DNA from: an uncultured Chloroflexia bacterium
GTDB lineage: Bacteria > Chloroflexota > Chloroflexia > Thermomicrobiales > UBA6265
Assembly: GCA_963724295.1 (NCBI GenBank)
Contig: CAVRUC010000002.1
Location: 352,001 to 416,000 of the forward strand
Length of the DNA stretch: 64,000 nt
Direction of reading: 5' to 3'
The stretch's first letter is position 1, and every line of letters begins with the position of its first letter. The position numbers and the translations under genes were made by a program. The notes beneath the pieces are model-generated. The model made no database searches. It was not told the DNA's origin and saw only the letters and a list, made by a program, of their open reading frames with translations. This document shows positions 54,705-64,000 of the stretch, in pieces.

Positions 54705-56096
54705 TCAGTCGTCGATCGCTTGGTAGGCCGACGTCCAGAAATCGTACAAGGCAATCGGACCGGCAGCGTCCCAAACGCGCTGAGTCAAGAGGATGCCGAT
54801 CAGCTCCTCCGTGGGGTCGACGTACCACGACGTGCCGTAGCCGCCGTCCCAGCCGTACCGCCCAGGCGTCGTCGCCAGGTTATCGCGGCGGGTGTTGATG
54901 GCAACGCCGAACCCCCAGCCGTTGCTGTCCCAGAATCCGGGGAAGAAATCAGAGGCGGACGCCGCTTTCTGCTCCGAGGTGATCTGGTCGGTCGTCATGA
55001 GCTGGACCGACGGACGTGACAAGATGCGCTCGTCTCCGAACTTCCCGTTTCCGATCATCATCTGCGCGAAGGCGAACAGATCGTCGATCGTCGAGACCAG
55101 ACCGCCCGCGCCTGACTCGAAAGCTGGTGGACTCCCGAACCGGCTGTCCTGGACGGGATCGAAGACTTCAAATTCGCCCGTCGCGAAATTTGTCCAATAG
55201 GCCGTCGGCAGCCGGTCGAGCTTGCTCGCGGGCACGCTGAAGGCCGTGTCCTTCATGCCGAGAGGAGCAAAAATGCGCTCCTGTAGGAACTCGCCCAAGG
55301 CCATATCAGTGGCGCGGGCGATGAGTACGCCGAGGATGTCGGAGCCGGAGTTGTAGAACCACCGCTCACCCGGTTGATGCAGCAGCGGCAGGCTGCCGTA
55401 TCGCTCCATCAGCTCGTCGGGCGAAAATGCGGGCAGTAGCGGACCAGCGGCAACGCCTGCCTCCTCCATCGCTGCTTGGATCGGATATTGGCCGGGGGCA
55501 GCGAACACCGCTCCGTATCCCAACCGGAACGTGAGCAAATCACGCAGGGTGATCGGCCGGTTGGCTGGTACAGTGTCCTTGAGCGGGCTCTCTAACGTGC
55601 GCAGCACCTGGCGATTGGCCAGCTCTGGCAGAAGTGGATCGACCGGGTCATCGAGGCGCAGTACGGATTCCTCGATCAGGATCATCGCCGCCGCAGCCAC
55701 GATCGGTTTGGTCACCGAGGCAATGCGGAAAATGGTGTCGCGCCGCATCGGCTCGTCGCTATCGAACGCCGTCGTGCCGATGACATCGACGTGCGTCTCA
55801 CCGCGCCGGCTGAGCAGGGTGACGAGACCGGGAACGAACCCGCTCTCGACATGGCCAGCCATGACGTCATGCACGCGCTCCAGCCGCGCCTGGGACAATC
55901 CTCCACCGTCCAAGGTCTGTTCCCTCCGTCCTGTCTCGTGCGATCGTGATGGTCGTTCCGGTGCGGACCACGTCGGCCGGATGGTCGCGGCGGGAATCAC
56001 CAGCGCCGTGGACGCCGCGGTAGATTTCAGTAATGTCCGTCTGGTGAACTCAGTCTCCTTGCTCGAGGTCGTTAGGTGCGCGTCATGGTTCGGCAT
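54705..56096 (-). CDS. TAT-exported serine hydrolase (beta-lactamase/class C-like)
   Basis: TRRTLLK TAT; FRIASVTK (SxxK), QPGERWFYN, LGMKDT, GAGGLVST, YGWDGG. Confidence 0.92.
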   Translation of the reverse strand: MPNHDAHLTTSSKETEFTRRTLLKSTAASTALVIPAATIRPTWSAPERPSRSHETGRREQTLDGGGLSQARLERVHDVMAGHVESGFVPGLVTLLSRRGETHVDVIGTTAFDSDEPMRRDTIFRIASVTKPIVAAAAMILIEESVLRLDDPVDPLLPELANRQVLRTLESPLKDTVPANRPITLRDLLTFRLGYGAVFAAPGQYPIQAAMEEAGVAAGPLLPAFSPDELMERYGSLPLLHQPGERWFYNSGSDILGVLIARATDMALGEFLQERIFAPLGMKDTAFSVPASKLDRLPTAYWTNFATGEFEVFDPVQDSRFGSPPAFESGAGGLVSTIDDLFAFAQMMIGNGKFGDERILSRPSVQLMTTDQITSEQKAASASDFFPGFWDSNGWGFGVAINTRRDNLATTPGRYGWDGGYGTSWYVDPTEELIGILLTQRVWDAAGPIALYDFWTSAYQAIDD

Positions 56097-56207
56097 GATT
56101 CCGTCTTCTCCTGGTCAACTGGCCAACTGCTCGCTTACGCGACATTTCATTCGGCCCGAAAACTCAATGGGCGCGCCTCGCTGAATACGATGGATGGGAA
56201 CGGCCGA

Positions 56208-57587
56208 TCAGGTACGGAACAGGGCCAGATCGATACTCTCTGCCATCGCTCTGAACCCGGCGTCATTGGGGTGCAGAAGGTCCCCGGCGTCGAATGCGGG
56301 AAGGAGGCGTGTCGGTTGTCCCGGATCGCGCACGACTTCATCGAAGTCGATCACCGCGTCAAACGCGCCGCCCGTGCGGATCCAATCGTTGACGGCTCGT
56401 CGTATCGCTTCACCTTCCTCCGAAAAAACCATCGAGCCATCGAACGGCGTGATCGTCGCCCCGAACGCGACGATGCCATGCTCATGCGCGCGCTCGGAGA
56501 GTTGACGCAGGCCGGTGATGAGCTCACCAGCAGTCACGAATTCCTCGGGATCGCCCGTTAGCGCTGGCAAGCCGATGTCATTGATGCCCTCAAAGACAAT
56601 CACGTGCGTAACCCCAGGTTGCGCCAGCACGTCCCGGTCAAATCGCGCTAGTGCATTCGGCCCTGCAAACTCGAAGCCCTCGGGCGGGTTATTAAGCACG
56701 CGATTGCCGCCGATACCAGCATTGAGCACCGCCTTAGCGGGCTGATCCGTATCGGCCATCAGCCGCTCCGCTAGCAGGTCCGGCCAGCGCTGGTTCGTAT
56801 CCGGTGTCGAAATCGCGCCATCGGTGATGGAATCGCCTAGTGCGACAACCACGCCGGTCGGCTCTGTGACGGTCACGTCGACGCCGGTCATAAAAACCCA
56901 CGTCTGCGCCGATTTCTCAACCGGCATGGTCGCTTCGGCCGTGAAGTTACCGACAGGTGAAAAGTAGTTCGTCTGGAAGGCAAAGGCATGAACGGTAGTG
57001 CTGGTCGTTGGCTCCGGGAAATAGATGCTCACCGCTAGCTCGCTGAGGGCGGGCACGGTTAGCGCGACCGGGTCGCTGACGACTAGCGCGCCCGGCGGAA
57101 TTGTGATGGACGGGCTGCCGGAGAACGTCAACACGTGATCGGATGTCGGGTCGATGCGCTCCTCGGCATCACGCAGGGCCAGCCGCGCTGTGCCGATGAC
57201 CAACGGGACGTCGCCAAACGTGTTGGCGAGCCGAACCCGCACCTGATCGCCACCGATCGATGTCCGCACAATCTGGCGCACGGTCTGTTTGTCGAACTCG
57301 AAGAACTGGCTCGGAAACTCCTCACCGAGTCCCGCGCTGGGGGGGTGCATTGCGGATGCCCAGGTCCCGACCCAACGCTCCCCACCCCAGTCGCGGGCCG
57401 CTGAGACAGGGGTGGCGTCCGGAGTTGCTTGGCGTGCAGAGGCTTGTCGTCCATCCCAGATCGCGGCGCTTGTCAGCGCTCCGGCAGCAACTAGGAAATG
57501 GCGGCGCGATATCGTACTGGGGACCCGGGCGGCAGCTGGCTGGTGCCTGCGCATCGTGGACCACGCGGCGCCGGTGTCACTCTTCAT
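56208..57587 (-). CDS. TAT-exported SGNH/GDSL hydrolase
   Basis: SRRHFL TAT; ALGDSITDG, NAGIGGN, EGINDI, GDLLHPN. Confidence 0.93.
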   Translation of the reverse strand: MKSDTGAAWSTMRRHQPAAARVPSTISRRHFLVAAGALTSAAIWDGRQASARQATPDATPVSAARDWGGERWVGTWASAMHPPSAGLGEEFPSQFFEFDKQTVRQIVRTSIGGDQVRVRLANTFGDVPLVIGTARLALRDAEERIDPTSDHVLTFSGSPSITIPPGALVVSDPVALTVPALSELAVSIYFPEPTTSTTVHAFAFQTNYFSPVGNFTAEATMPVEKSAQTWVFMTGVDVTVTEPTGVVVALGDSITDGAISTPDTNQRWPDLLAERLMADTDQPAKAVLNAGIGGNRVLNNPPEGFEFAGPNALARFDRDVLAQPGVTHVIVFEGINDIGLPALTGDPEEFVTAGELITGLRQLSERAHEHGIVAFGATITPFDGSMVFSEEGEAIRRAVNDWIRTGGAFDAVIDFDEVVRDPGQPTRLLPAFDAGDLLHPNDAGFRAMAESIDLALFRT

Positions 57588-57745
57588 CGAATCCGAACCC
57601 TTTCACGTGCAAGATCTTGGTACGACCAGCGAAGAAGGAACGCTGCTTTACGGCGAAAAGAACATCCGTTCTACGTCTTTCCAATCGTAGTGCCGAATCA
57701 GGTCAGCCCGTGACCTGATAGCTCGAGCTGGAATGTCCGTTGATG

Positions 57746-57772
57746 GTCGACCAACGCAGTCCAAAATCGACA
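57746..57772 (-). promoter_or_regulatory. ECF42-type promoter TGTCGA-N17-CGAC
   Basis: Upstream of the SGNH and serine hydrolase genes. Confidence 0.7.
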
Positions 57773-57897
57773 ATGGATCCGTGGGTCACGGAACATCGAG
57801 CGGACAGCCTGCACCCGGATCTTGTGGCGCGCACTAAGGTCGGCGGCATCGCGGATTCAGTATTCAAATCCGCGATGCCGCCGATTCGGGGTGATGG

Positions 57898-58383
57898 CTA
57901 CTTCAAGCTCTCCAGGAGCTCGGCCAGGCGATCCCAGGATTCGATCGCTCCGGACTCCATCCCCGACTCGAGCATGCCGTCCCGGTCTTCGACCGAATCG
58001 AAGAGCGCCGTCGACGAGACCGTCGTCTTACCGTCGTGCTCTTCGAAAGTCACCGTTTCCACCAGGATGTGACCAGGCATGCCTTCAAATTCAAAGGTGT
58101 AGACGAGTCGCTCAGGGGGCACGATCTCGCGGTACTCGCCGCGGAAGCCGTACTCATTGCCCTCTGGATCGCGCTGGACGAAGCGCCACGCGCCGCCAGG
58201 TCGGACATCCATCACGTCCACTATCGTCGTGGAGTTGCGCTGACCCCACCAGTGCGGGACGTGCTGCGGGTCGGTGTGAGCTTGAAACACTAGCTCACGC
58301 GGCGCATCGAAGACGCGCGTCATGGTGATCTCGCGATCCGAGGGCTTCGTGAGCGTCATGCGGGCTTTAGTCCTCTCGGTCAC
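57898..58383 (-). CDS. SRPBCC/AHSA1 domain protein
   Basis: ITMTRVFDAPRELVF, WWG, DVRPGGAWRF, YREIVPPERLVYT, SWDRLAELL. Confidence 0.92.
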   Translation of the reverse strand: MTERTKARMTLTKPSDREITMTRVFDAPRELVFQAHTDPQHVPHWWGQRNSTTIVDVMDVRPGGAWRFVQRDPEGNEYGFRGEYREIVPPERLVYTFEFEGMPGHILVETVTFEEHDGKTTVSSTALFDSVEDRDGMLESGMESGAIESWDRLAELLESLK

Positions 58384-58735
58384 TGGTGTTGTCCTTTCCC
58401 TTTTCGTGTCCCTGCACTTGCAACTCGTGCAGGTAGTCGTCCAGCCGATCGAAGCTCTCGTCCCAGAACTGGCGATAGTCCTCCATCCAATCAGCCACCT
58501 GGTGCAGCGGCGCTGTCTCCAGCCGGCACGGCCGCCACTGTGCCTTCCGTCCCTGAGAGACCAGCCCGGCCTGCTGCAGCACCTTGAGGTGCTTGGACAC
58601 CGTGGGCAGACTCAGCGCGAAGGGTTCGGCCAGCTCGGTGACCGTAGCTTCACCCTGGGCGAGTCGCGCCAGGATGGCCCGCCGTGTGGGATCGGCGAGA
58701 GCCGCGAAGGTGGTACTCAGGTGATCGCTTGGCAT
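58367..58735 (-). CDS. ArsR/SmtB-family transcriptional regulator
   Basis: FAALADPTRRAILARL, VSKHLKVL, GRKAQWRPCRL. Confidence 0.93.
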   Translation of the reverse strand: MPSDHLSTTFAALADPTRRAILARLAQGEATVTELAEPFALSLPTVSKHLKVLQQAGLVSQGRKAQWRPCRLETAPLHQVADWMEDYRQFWDESFDRLDDYLHELQVQGHEKGKDNTSDRED

Positions 58736-58749
58736 CCCGTATTTTCCTG

Positions 58750-58800
58750 ATTAGCTAATTAGCTAATTGGTAGAATACGATCCCGAACGGCTCCTGTCAA
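58750..58800 (-). promoter_or_regulatory. Sigma70 promoter and palindromic operator of the ArsR-SRPBCC operon
   Basis: TTGACA(58800)-17-TATTCT(58777); perfect palindrome ATTAGCTAATTAGCTAAT at 58750-58767. Confidence 0.75.
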
Positions 58801-58929
58801 TCCCCACCGCATCCGTCCTGCTCGACCGGGCGGTGACGTTGGCGGGCACCCACTGCGCCACCACCCACGGGCGTCACCCCAAGCACGCCACGCTGCACCA
58901 GCTGGCACTTGCAGGATCTCGTCAGACAC

Positions 58930-59001
58930 GGGTGACAGGGTCACAGGGAGAACGATGACCCTGCCACCCTGCCACCCTGCCACCACGAGCGCAGCGAGTA
59001 A
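58930..59001 (+). repeat. Dispersed octamer-arm repeat, copy 4
   Basis: GGGTGACAGGGTCACAGGGAGAACGA...(CCACCCTG)n CCACCACGAGCGCAGCGAGTAA. Confidence 0.8.
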
Positions 59002-59053
59002 AGACCCGGAAGGATGTCCGTCGGTGCTACCTCATTCGCGGTCCGGCGCCGAC

Positions 59054-60052
59054 CTAGAAGATGCCCGCGTACAGAGCGCAGGAACGGCAGATGTCCGGCG
59101 GCTCATCTGAGGCCAGGCGGTCCCGGAAGGCGTTGAAGACGTCGCCGTTCCAGATCTCCTCCACGCCGTGCTCGAACATATTGCCCATGTTGGCCCGGTC
59201 GGGAGTGGAGACCATGCAGCAGGGCATCGTATCCCCGGTGTAGCTCACATAGCCGCCGCTCCACGGCCAGCTGCATCGCTTGCGGCCGGGCGTACCCGGT
59301 GGGTGGACCCGTGGCTGGGTGCGCGGCAGCCGAAGATCGACACCCAGCGCCTCGGCGGTCTCCCGGGCCAGCCCGAAGTAGTGCTCGACCCGCTCCGGAT
59401 CGTCGTCGAGCAGGGTCTGTGATTGCACGAACTCGCGCATCGGTCCGTAGTGCGCCGGCAGAGTCTCCTCCCCGAAATCGTGGCAGAGGTGCTGCACGAA
59501 CAGCGCCTCCATCTCCCACTCGGCGGCGAACCGCACCAGGTCGGGAAGCTCGTGCAGGTTCTGCCGCATCAGCACCATCACCATGCGCACTCGCGGCAAG
59601 CCATGGTCGGATCGTGAGCGTGCATCCCGTAGCAGACCCAGATTGCGCACCACTTTGTCGAGGTGGGCGCGAACCCGGATCCGCTCGTACGTCTCCGCGG
59701 TCGCGCCGTCGATCGACACGTGGAGGCAGTCGAGACCGCTGGCGACGCACGCCGCCGCCCGCCGCTCGTTGAGCAGGGTCAGGTTCGAGTTGGTGGTGAC
59801 GCGGATCCCTTTCCCCGCCGCGTACGACACCATGTCGAAGAACCGGGGATGCATCATCGGCTCCCCCAGCCCTTGCAGGTGTAATTCCTGCAATCCGGTC
59901 CATGTGTCGATCAGGCTCGTGAACTTGTCGAAGGCCATGAACGCCAGCGGGCCGTACGGCGGTCCATCCTGACGAAATTGGATGGCGCACATCTGGCAGC
60001 GCAGGTTGCATTGCCCTACCGGCTCGATCTGGAGATAGGTCGGGAGCTCCAT
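59054..60052 (-). CDS. Radical SAM/SPASM(twitch) domain protein
   Basis: CNLRCQMC, QGLGEP, VSIDGA, CSWPW...PCC...GN...ICRSC. Confidence 0.92.
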   Translation of the reverse strand: MELPTYLQIEPVGQCNLRCQMCAIQFRQDGPPYGPLAFMAFDKFTSLIDTWTGLQELHLQGLGEPMMHPRFFDMVSYAAGKGIRVTTNSNLTLLNERRAAACVASGLDCLHVSIDGATAETYERIRVRAHLDKVVRNLGLLRDARSRSDHGLPRVRMVMVLMRQNLHELPDLVRFAAEWEMEALFVQHLCHDFGEETLPAHYGPMREFVQSQTLLDDDPERVEHYFGLARETAEALGVDLRLPRTQPRVHPPGTPGRKRCSWPWSGGYVSYTGDTMPCCMVSTPDRANMGNMFEHGVEEIWNGDVFNAFRDRLASDEPPDICRSCALYAGIF

Positions 60053-60194
60053 TGCAGTCCTCTCTGAGGAAGCGACAACCATCGACTCCGCCGCCTCCGT
60101 GCAAGATCAATGCCGCACATGGCACTGATCCTGCTCCACGGCGTCCGCAATGGCTGCGGTCCGCGCCGCATCGGGAGCAGATTGGGGTCGTCGG

Positions 60195-61928
60195 ATGTAC
60201 ACCCTGGGCATCAATGCGGCGTTCCACGACTCATCGGCATGCCTGGTCGAGGATGGCCAGGTGGTCGCCGCGGTCGAGGAAGAGCGCTTCACCCGGATCA
60301 AGCACGGCAAGCGGCCGGTGCCGTTTTCGACCTGGGAACTTCCCTTCCACGCCATCGACTACTGCCTGCGCGAGGCAGCGATCCAGCTCACCGATGTCGC
60401 GCACGTCGCCTACGCGTTCGATCCGGCCATCCGGGTGCGAGGTCCACTCGATGAGGCAACGTTCACCCTGCCGCTCGAACCGAGCGCCCACCCGGTGCCG
60501 GCCGAGTGGGAGGCCGCCTGGGATCCCCTCTTCGTCGCCTCGATGGTCAACGCGCCGCGCCATCTCGCCGGCGGAGTCCCACACCACCTCGCCGCCCGCT
60601 TCAAAGGCGCCCGCGCGGACGGTCCCTATCAATGGCATTTCGTCGAGCACCACGTCGCCCACGCGGCCAGCGCGTTTCTCGCCTCGCCATTCGAGCGCGC
60701 GGCGGTCCTGACGCTTGACGGACGCGGCGAACAGGCGACCACGGGCTATTTCCAGGGCCGCGGCACTCAGCTGCACAGCATCGGTGAGGTGCGGATGCCT
60801 CACTCCCTCGGCATCCTCTACGAGCAGGTCACGGAGTATCTCGGCTTCCTGCATTCCTCCGACGAATACAAGGTCATGGCCCTGGCCTCGTACGGAGAAC
60901 CCACCTATGTCGACGCATTTCGGAGCATCGTGCACCTGGGCCAGGACGGCGCCTACACGATCGAGCAGCCCTGTCTGGAGCAGCGGTTCGGACCCGCCCG
61001 CTCCCGCGGCGGACCGTTGACACAACACCACTTCGATATCGCCCACTCCCTACAGGTCGTCCTCGAAGAAACCGTCCTCGACCTCGTCCACTGGCTGCAA
61101 GCGACCACTGGCGAGCGCGATCTCTGCCTGGCCGGCGGTGTCGCGCTGAACTGCGTGATGAACTCGCGTATCCGCGACGAGGGTCCGTTCGACCGCGTCT
61201 GGGGACAACCGGCTGCCGGTGACGCCGGGACGGCTCTCGGAGCCGCGTTGTGGATCGATGCCCGGGAGCGCGGCGCCACCGATCGGCAGTACCAGATGGA
61301 CCATGCCTACCTCGGCCCCTGTTACCCGGATGCCGAGATCGAGTCGTTTCTCACCTGGTCGAAGCTGCCCTTTCGCCGGCTCGACAACGTCGCTCAGGAG
61401 GCCGCCGCGCTGCTTGCCGCGGGGCGCATCCTCGGCTGGTTCCAGGGGCGCATGGAGTTCGGCCCCCGGGCCCTCGGGGCGCGATCGATCCTGGCATCCC
61501 CCATCGATTCCGACATGCAGGCCCGGCTCAACGAAATCAAGGACCGGGAGGATTTCCGGCCGGTGGCCCCGGTGGTCCTCGCCGAGAAGGCCTCGCAGTG
61601 GTTCGTCGCGGACGGTGACTCCCCGTTCATGCTCTTCGTCCACGACGTGCGGAATGAGATGTCGGACCGCATCCCGGCCGTTCGCCACGTCGACGGTACG
61701 GCTCGTATCCAGACGGTCTCCCGTTCGCAAAATGCCCTCTACTACGACCTGATCGCCGCCTTCGAGCGGCAGACCGGGGTTCCGGTGCTGGTTAACACCT
61801 CGTTCAACACGCGCGGCGAGCCGATCGTTTGCTCGCCGCGCGACGCGGTCGAGTGCTTCTGGACCTCGCCGCTCGACGCCCTCGTGATCGGGTCCTATCT
61901 GCTGCAGAAACCGGAGTGCCCGCGGTGA
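60195..61928 (+). CDS. Carbamoyltransferase (NodU/CmcH family)
   Basis: HDSSAC, EEERFTRIKH, HHVAHAAS, AGGVALNC, EFGPRALG, REDFRP, NTSFN. Confidence 0.95.
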   Translation: MYTLGINAAFHDSSACLVEDGQVVAAVEEERFTRIKHGKRPVPFSTWELPFHAIDYCLREAAIQLTDVAHVAYAFDPAIRVRGPLDEATFTLPLEPSAHPVPAEWEAAWDPLFVASMVNAPRHLAGGVPHHLAARFKGARADGPYQWHFVEHHVAHAASAFLASPFERAAVLTLDGRGEQATTGYFQGRGTQLHSIGEVRMPHSLGILYEQVTEYLGFLHSSDEYKVMALASYGEPTYVDAFRSIVHLGQDGAYTIEQPCLEQRFGPARSRGGPLTQHHFDIAHSLQVVLEETVLDLVHWLQATTGERDLCLAGGVALNCVMNSRIRDEGPFDRVWGQPAAGDAGTALGAALWIDARERGATDRQYQMDHAYLGPCYPDAEIESFLTWSKLPFRRLDNVAQEAAALLAAGRILGWFQGRMEFGPRALGARSILASPIDSDMQARLNEIKDREDFRPVAPVVLAEKASQWFVADGDSPFMLFVHDVRNEMSDRIPAVRHVDGTARIQTVSRSQNALYYDLIAAFERQTGVPVLVNTSFNTRGEPIVCSPRDAVECFWTSPLDALVIGSYLLQKPECPR

Positions 61929-62902
61929 CGATCGAGGTCTCGGTGGTGGTGCCGACCTTCAAGCGGTCACAGCTCCTCGACCGCTGCCTGGCGGCTCTCG
62001 TCGCTCAGACTTTTGACCCCTCCACCTACGAGATCGTCATCGCCGATGACGCCGCCAGCGAAAGCACCCGCCGCCAGGTCGAGGAATGGCGGAGCCAGTG
62101 CCCGCGGACGGGACCGGCAATTCACTACCTGCCCGTGCGCGACTCGCAAGGTCCGGCCGCCGCGCGCAATGCCGGGTGGCGATTCGCCCGGGGGCGGGTA
62201 ATCGCCTTCACGGACGACGATTGCATTCCCGAGCCGGAATGGCTGACGGCCGGTACTCGAGCCATTCACGCCGGAGCGACCGGGGTCTCGGGGCGCGTGG
62301 TCGTGCCATTGCCTGAGGATCCGACCGACTACGAGCGCAACGCGGCCGGTCTCGCCACCGCGGAGTTCGTCACCGCCAACTGCTTCTATCGACGTTCGGC
62401 ACTCGAGGCGGTCGGCGGGTTCGACGAGCGCTTCGCCATGGCCTGGCGGGAGGACAGCGATCTCTGGCTGACCTTCGTGGGACGCGGTGACACGCTCGTC
62501 TCCGCCGAGGATGCGGTCGTCGTCCATCCGCTCCGTCCGGCGCCCTGGGGCGTCAGTCTGAGCCAGCAGCGGAAGAGCCAGTACAACGCGCTCCTCTACA
62601 AGAAGCATCCGATGCTCTACCAGCAACGCGTCCAGGCGGGACCACCGCGCGATTACTACGCGATCGTCACATCGATCGTCGGCTGCCTCCTCGGTCTCGG
62701 GTTGCGCCGGCCGGGAATCGCGATCGCCAGCTTCGCGGTCTGGGCCAGGTTGACGGGGTCGTTCATCGCCCGGCGATTGCACGGCACATCCCGGCGCCCC
62801 GCCCATATCGCCGAGATGGCTGTCACCTCGGCGCTGATCCCGCCGCTTGCCGTCTATTGGCGACTGCGTGGTGCGTTCACCCACCGCGTGCGGTTTCTCT
62901 AG
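61925..62902 (+). CDS. Glycosyltransferase family 2
   Basis: VSVVVPTF, GPAAARNAG, FTDDDC (DxD), GGFDERF, EDSDL. Confidence 0.92.
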   Translation: MTIEVSVVVPTFKRSQLLDRCLAALVAQTFDPSTYEIVIADDAASESTRRQVEEWRSQCPRTGPAIHYLPVRDSQGPAAARNAGWRFARGRVIAFTDDDCIPEPEWLTAGTRAIHAGATGVSGRVVVPLPEDPTDYERNAAGLATAEFVTANCFYRRSALEAVGGFDERFAMAWREDSDLWLTFVGRGDTLVSAEDAVVVHPLRPAPWGVSLSQQRKSQYNALLYKKHPMLYQQRVQAGPPRDYYAIVTSIVGCLLGLGLRRPGIAIASFAVWARLTGSFIARRLHGTSRRPAHIAEMAVTSALIPPLAVYWRLRGAFTHRVRFL

Positions 62903-62992
62903 TGCACATCGACCATGAGTGAGGAGGTCGGTGACCCAATGGAGGCAGTGCGCAAACACACCGGCGCCGGTCGCGACCGGTCAGGGAGCTCC

Positions 62993-63961
62993 ATGAGGAT
63001 CCTCGTCACCGGCGGCGCCGGCATGATCGGCAGTCACCTGGTCGATGCCCTGCTCGACGGCGGGAACGAGATCATCGTCGTCGACAATTTCCTCACGGGA
63101 CGTCGCCAGAATCTCGCGCACCTCGCGGCATCTCCTCGGGTGCAGATGGTCGAAACAGACATCTCGACGGCATCGCATCTTCCGGAGATGGTCGGACCCG
63201 TCGATCGTGTCTACCACCTCGCCAGCCCAGCCAGCCCGATCGACTACGCCCGCCATCCGCTCGAAACCCTGATGACGAACGCGGTCGGCACCCGCAATGC
63301 GCTCGATGTTGCCCGGCGCTGGCACGCGAGATTCCTCGTCACGTCGACCTCCGAGATCTACGGCGATCCGGAGCAGCACCCGCAACCGGAGACCTACCGC
63401 GGCAGTGTCAACTCGCTCGGTCCCCGTTCCTGCTACGACGAGGGCAAGCGGTTTGCCGAGTCCCTCGCCATGACCTACTGGCGCTCTTACGGCGTCGACG
63501 TCCGCATCGCGCGATTGTTCAACACCTACGGACCGCGCTCGCGCAGCGACGACGGACGGATGGTCCCCACGTTCTGCGTCCAGGCCCTGTCCGGACAGCC
63601 ACTGACGATCTTCGGCTCCGGGTTGCAGACGCGGTCGCTCTGTTTTGTGAGCGACACCGTCGGCGGGCTCATGACCCTGATGGAGACACCGGATATTGAC
63701 GGCGAAGTCGTCAATCTCGGCTGCCCCGACGAGCGCACCATCCTCGAGATCGCGCAGACCATCGCGACACTGGCGGGAAGCTCGTGCCGGATCGAGCGAG
63801 GCCCGCTGCCGGTCGACGATCCGGCCCGGCGCTGCCCGGACATCACTAAAGCGCAGCGCCTGTTAGGATGGCGTCCGGAGACCGACCTCGCCACCGGTCT
63901 CGAGCGCACCCTGGCCTACTTCCGCGAAGACGCCGCCCTCACCCGCGGCGCGGCGGCGTAA
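62993..63961 (+). CDS. NAD-dependent epimerase/dehydratase (UDP-glucuronate decarboxylase-like)
   Basis: VTGGAGMIGSH, HLASPASP, STSEIYGDP, YDEGKR, FNTYGP, QTRSLC. Confidence 0.93.
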   Translation: MRILVTGGAGMIGSHLVDALLDGGNEIIVVDNFLTGRRQNLAHLAASPRVQMVETDISTASHLPEMVGPVDRVYHLASPASPIDYARHPLETLMTNAVGTRNALDVARRWHARFLVTSTSEIYGDPEQHPQPETYRGSVNSLGPRSCYDEGKRFAESLAMTYWRSYGVDVRIARLFNTYGPRSRSDDGRMVPTFCVQALSGQPLTIFGSGLQTRSLCFVSDTVGGLMTLMETPDIDGEVVNLGCPDERTILEIAQTIATLAGSSCRIERGPLPVDDPARRCPDITKAQRLLGWRPETDLATGLERTLAYFREDAALTRGAAA

Positions 63962-64000
63962 CCTGTAGGATCCCTCATCTGCGACCCTTTTCCCCACGAA

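Overview
High-GC bacterial chromosomal window. Gene style (TAT/Sec proteins with ATP(A) linkers, GAAC-N4-GTTC SOS box, ATPase-TPR-LuxR regulators) suggests Chloroflexota, Thermomicrobiales-like (inference). It encodes signalling and transport genes (ECF sigmas, PAS/GAF kinases, sugar ABC transporter, GGDEF-EAL, HD-GYP, MFS), an ECF42/DGPF cluster and the start of a carbamoyltransferase/glycosyltransferase cluster. About 14 otherwise intact genes carry single-base frameshifts, most likely read or assembly errors. Highlights: (1) a tandem array of five Shine-Dalgarno-led mini-ORFs encoding Met-Thr-Trp-Asp (33030-33429), behind a consensus sigma70 promoter and between a diguanylate cyclase and a membrane HD-GYP/MFS pair, a candidate undescribed ultrashort-peptide/c-di-GMP signalling system; (2) a 14.6-kb large-serine-recombinase element (15668-30313) splitting an SDR gene at a GT core, with excision predicted to restore the SDR and rewrite the recombinase C-terminus; (3) a probable selenocysteine (CxU) rhodanese domain fused to a cation/proton antiporter; (4) four ECF42-type promoters defining a local regulon; (5) SOS-type operators and a dispersed octamer repeat family.
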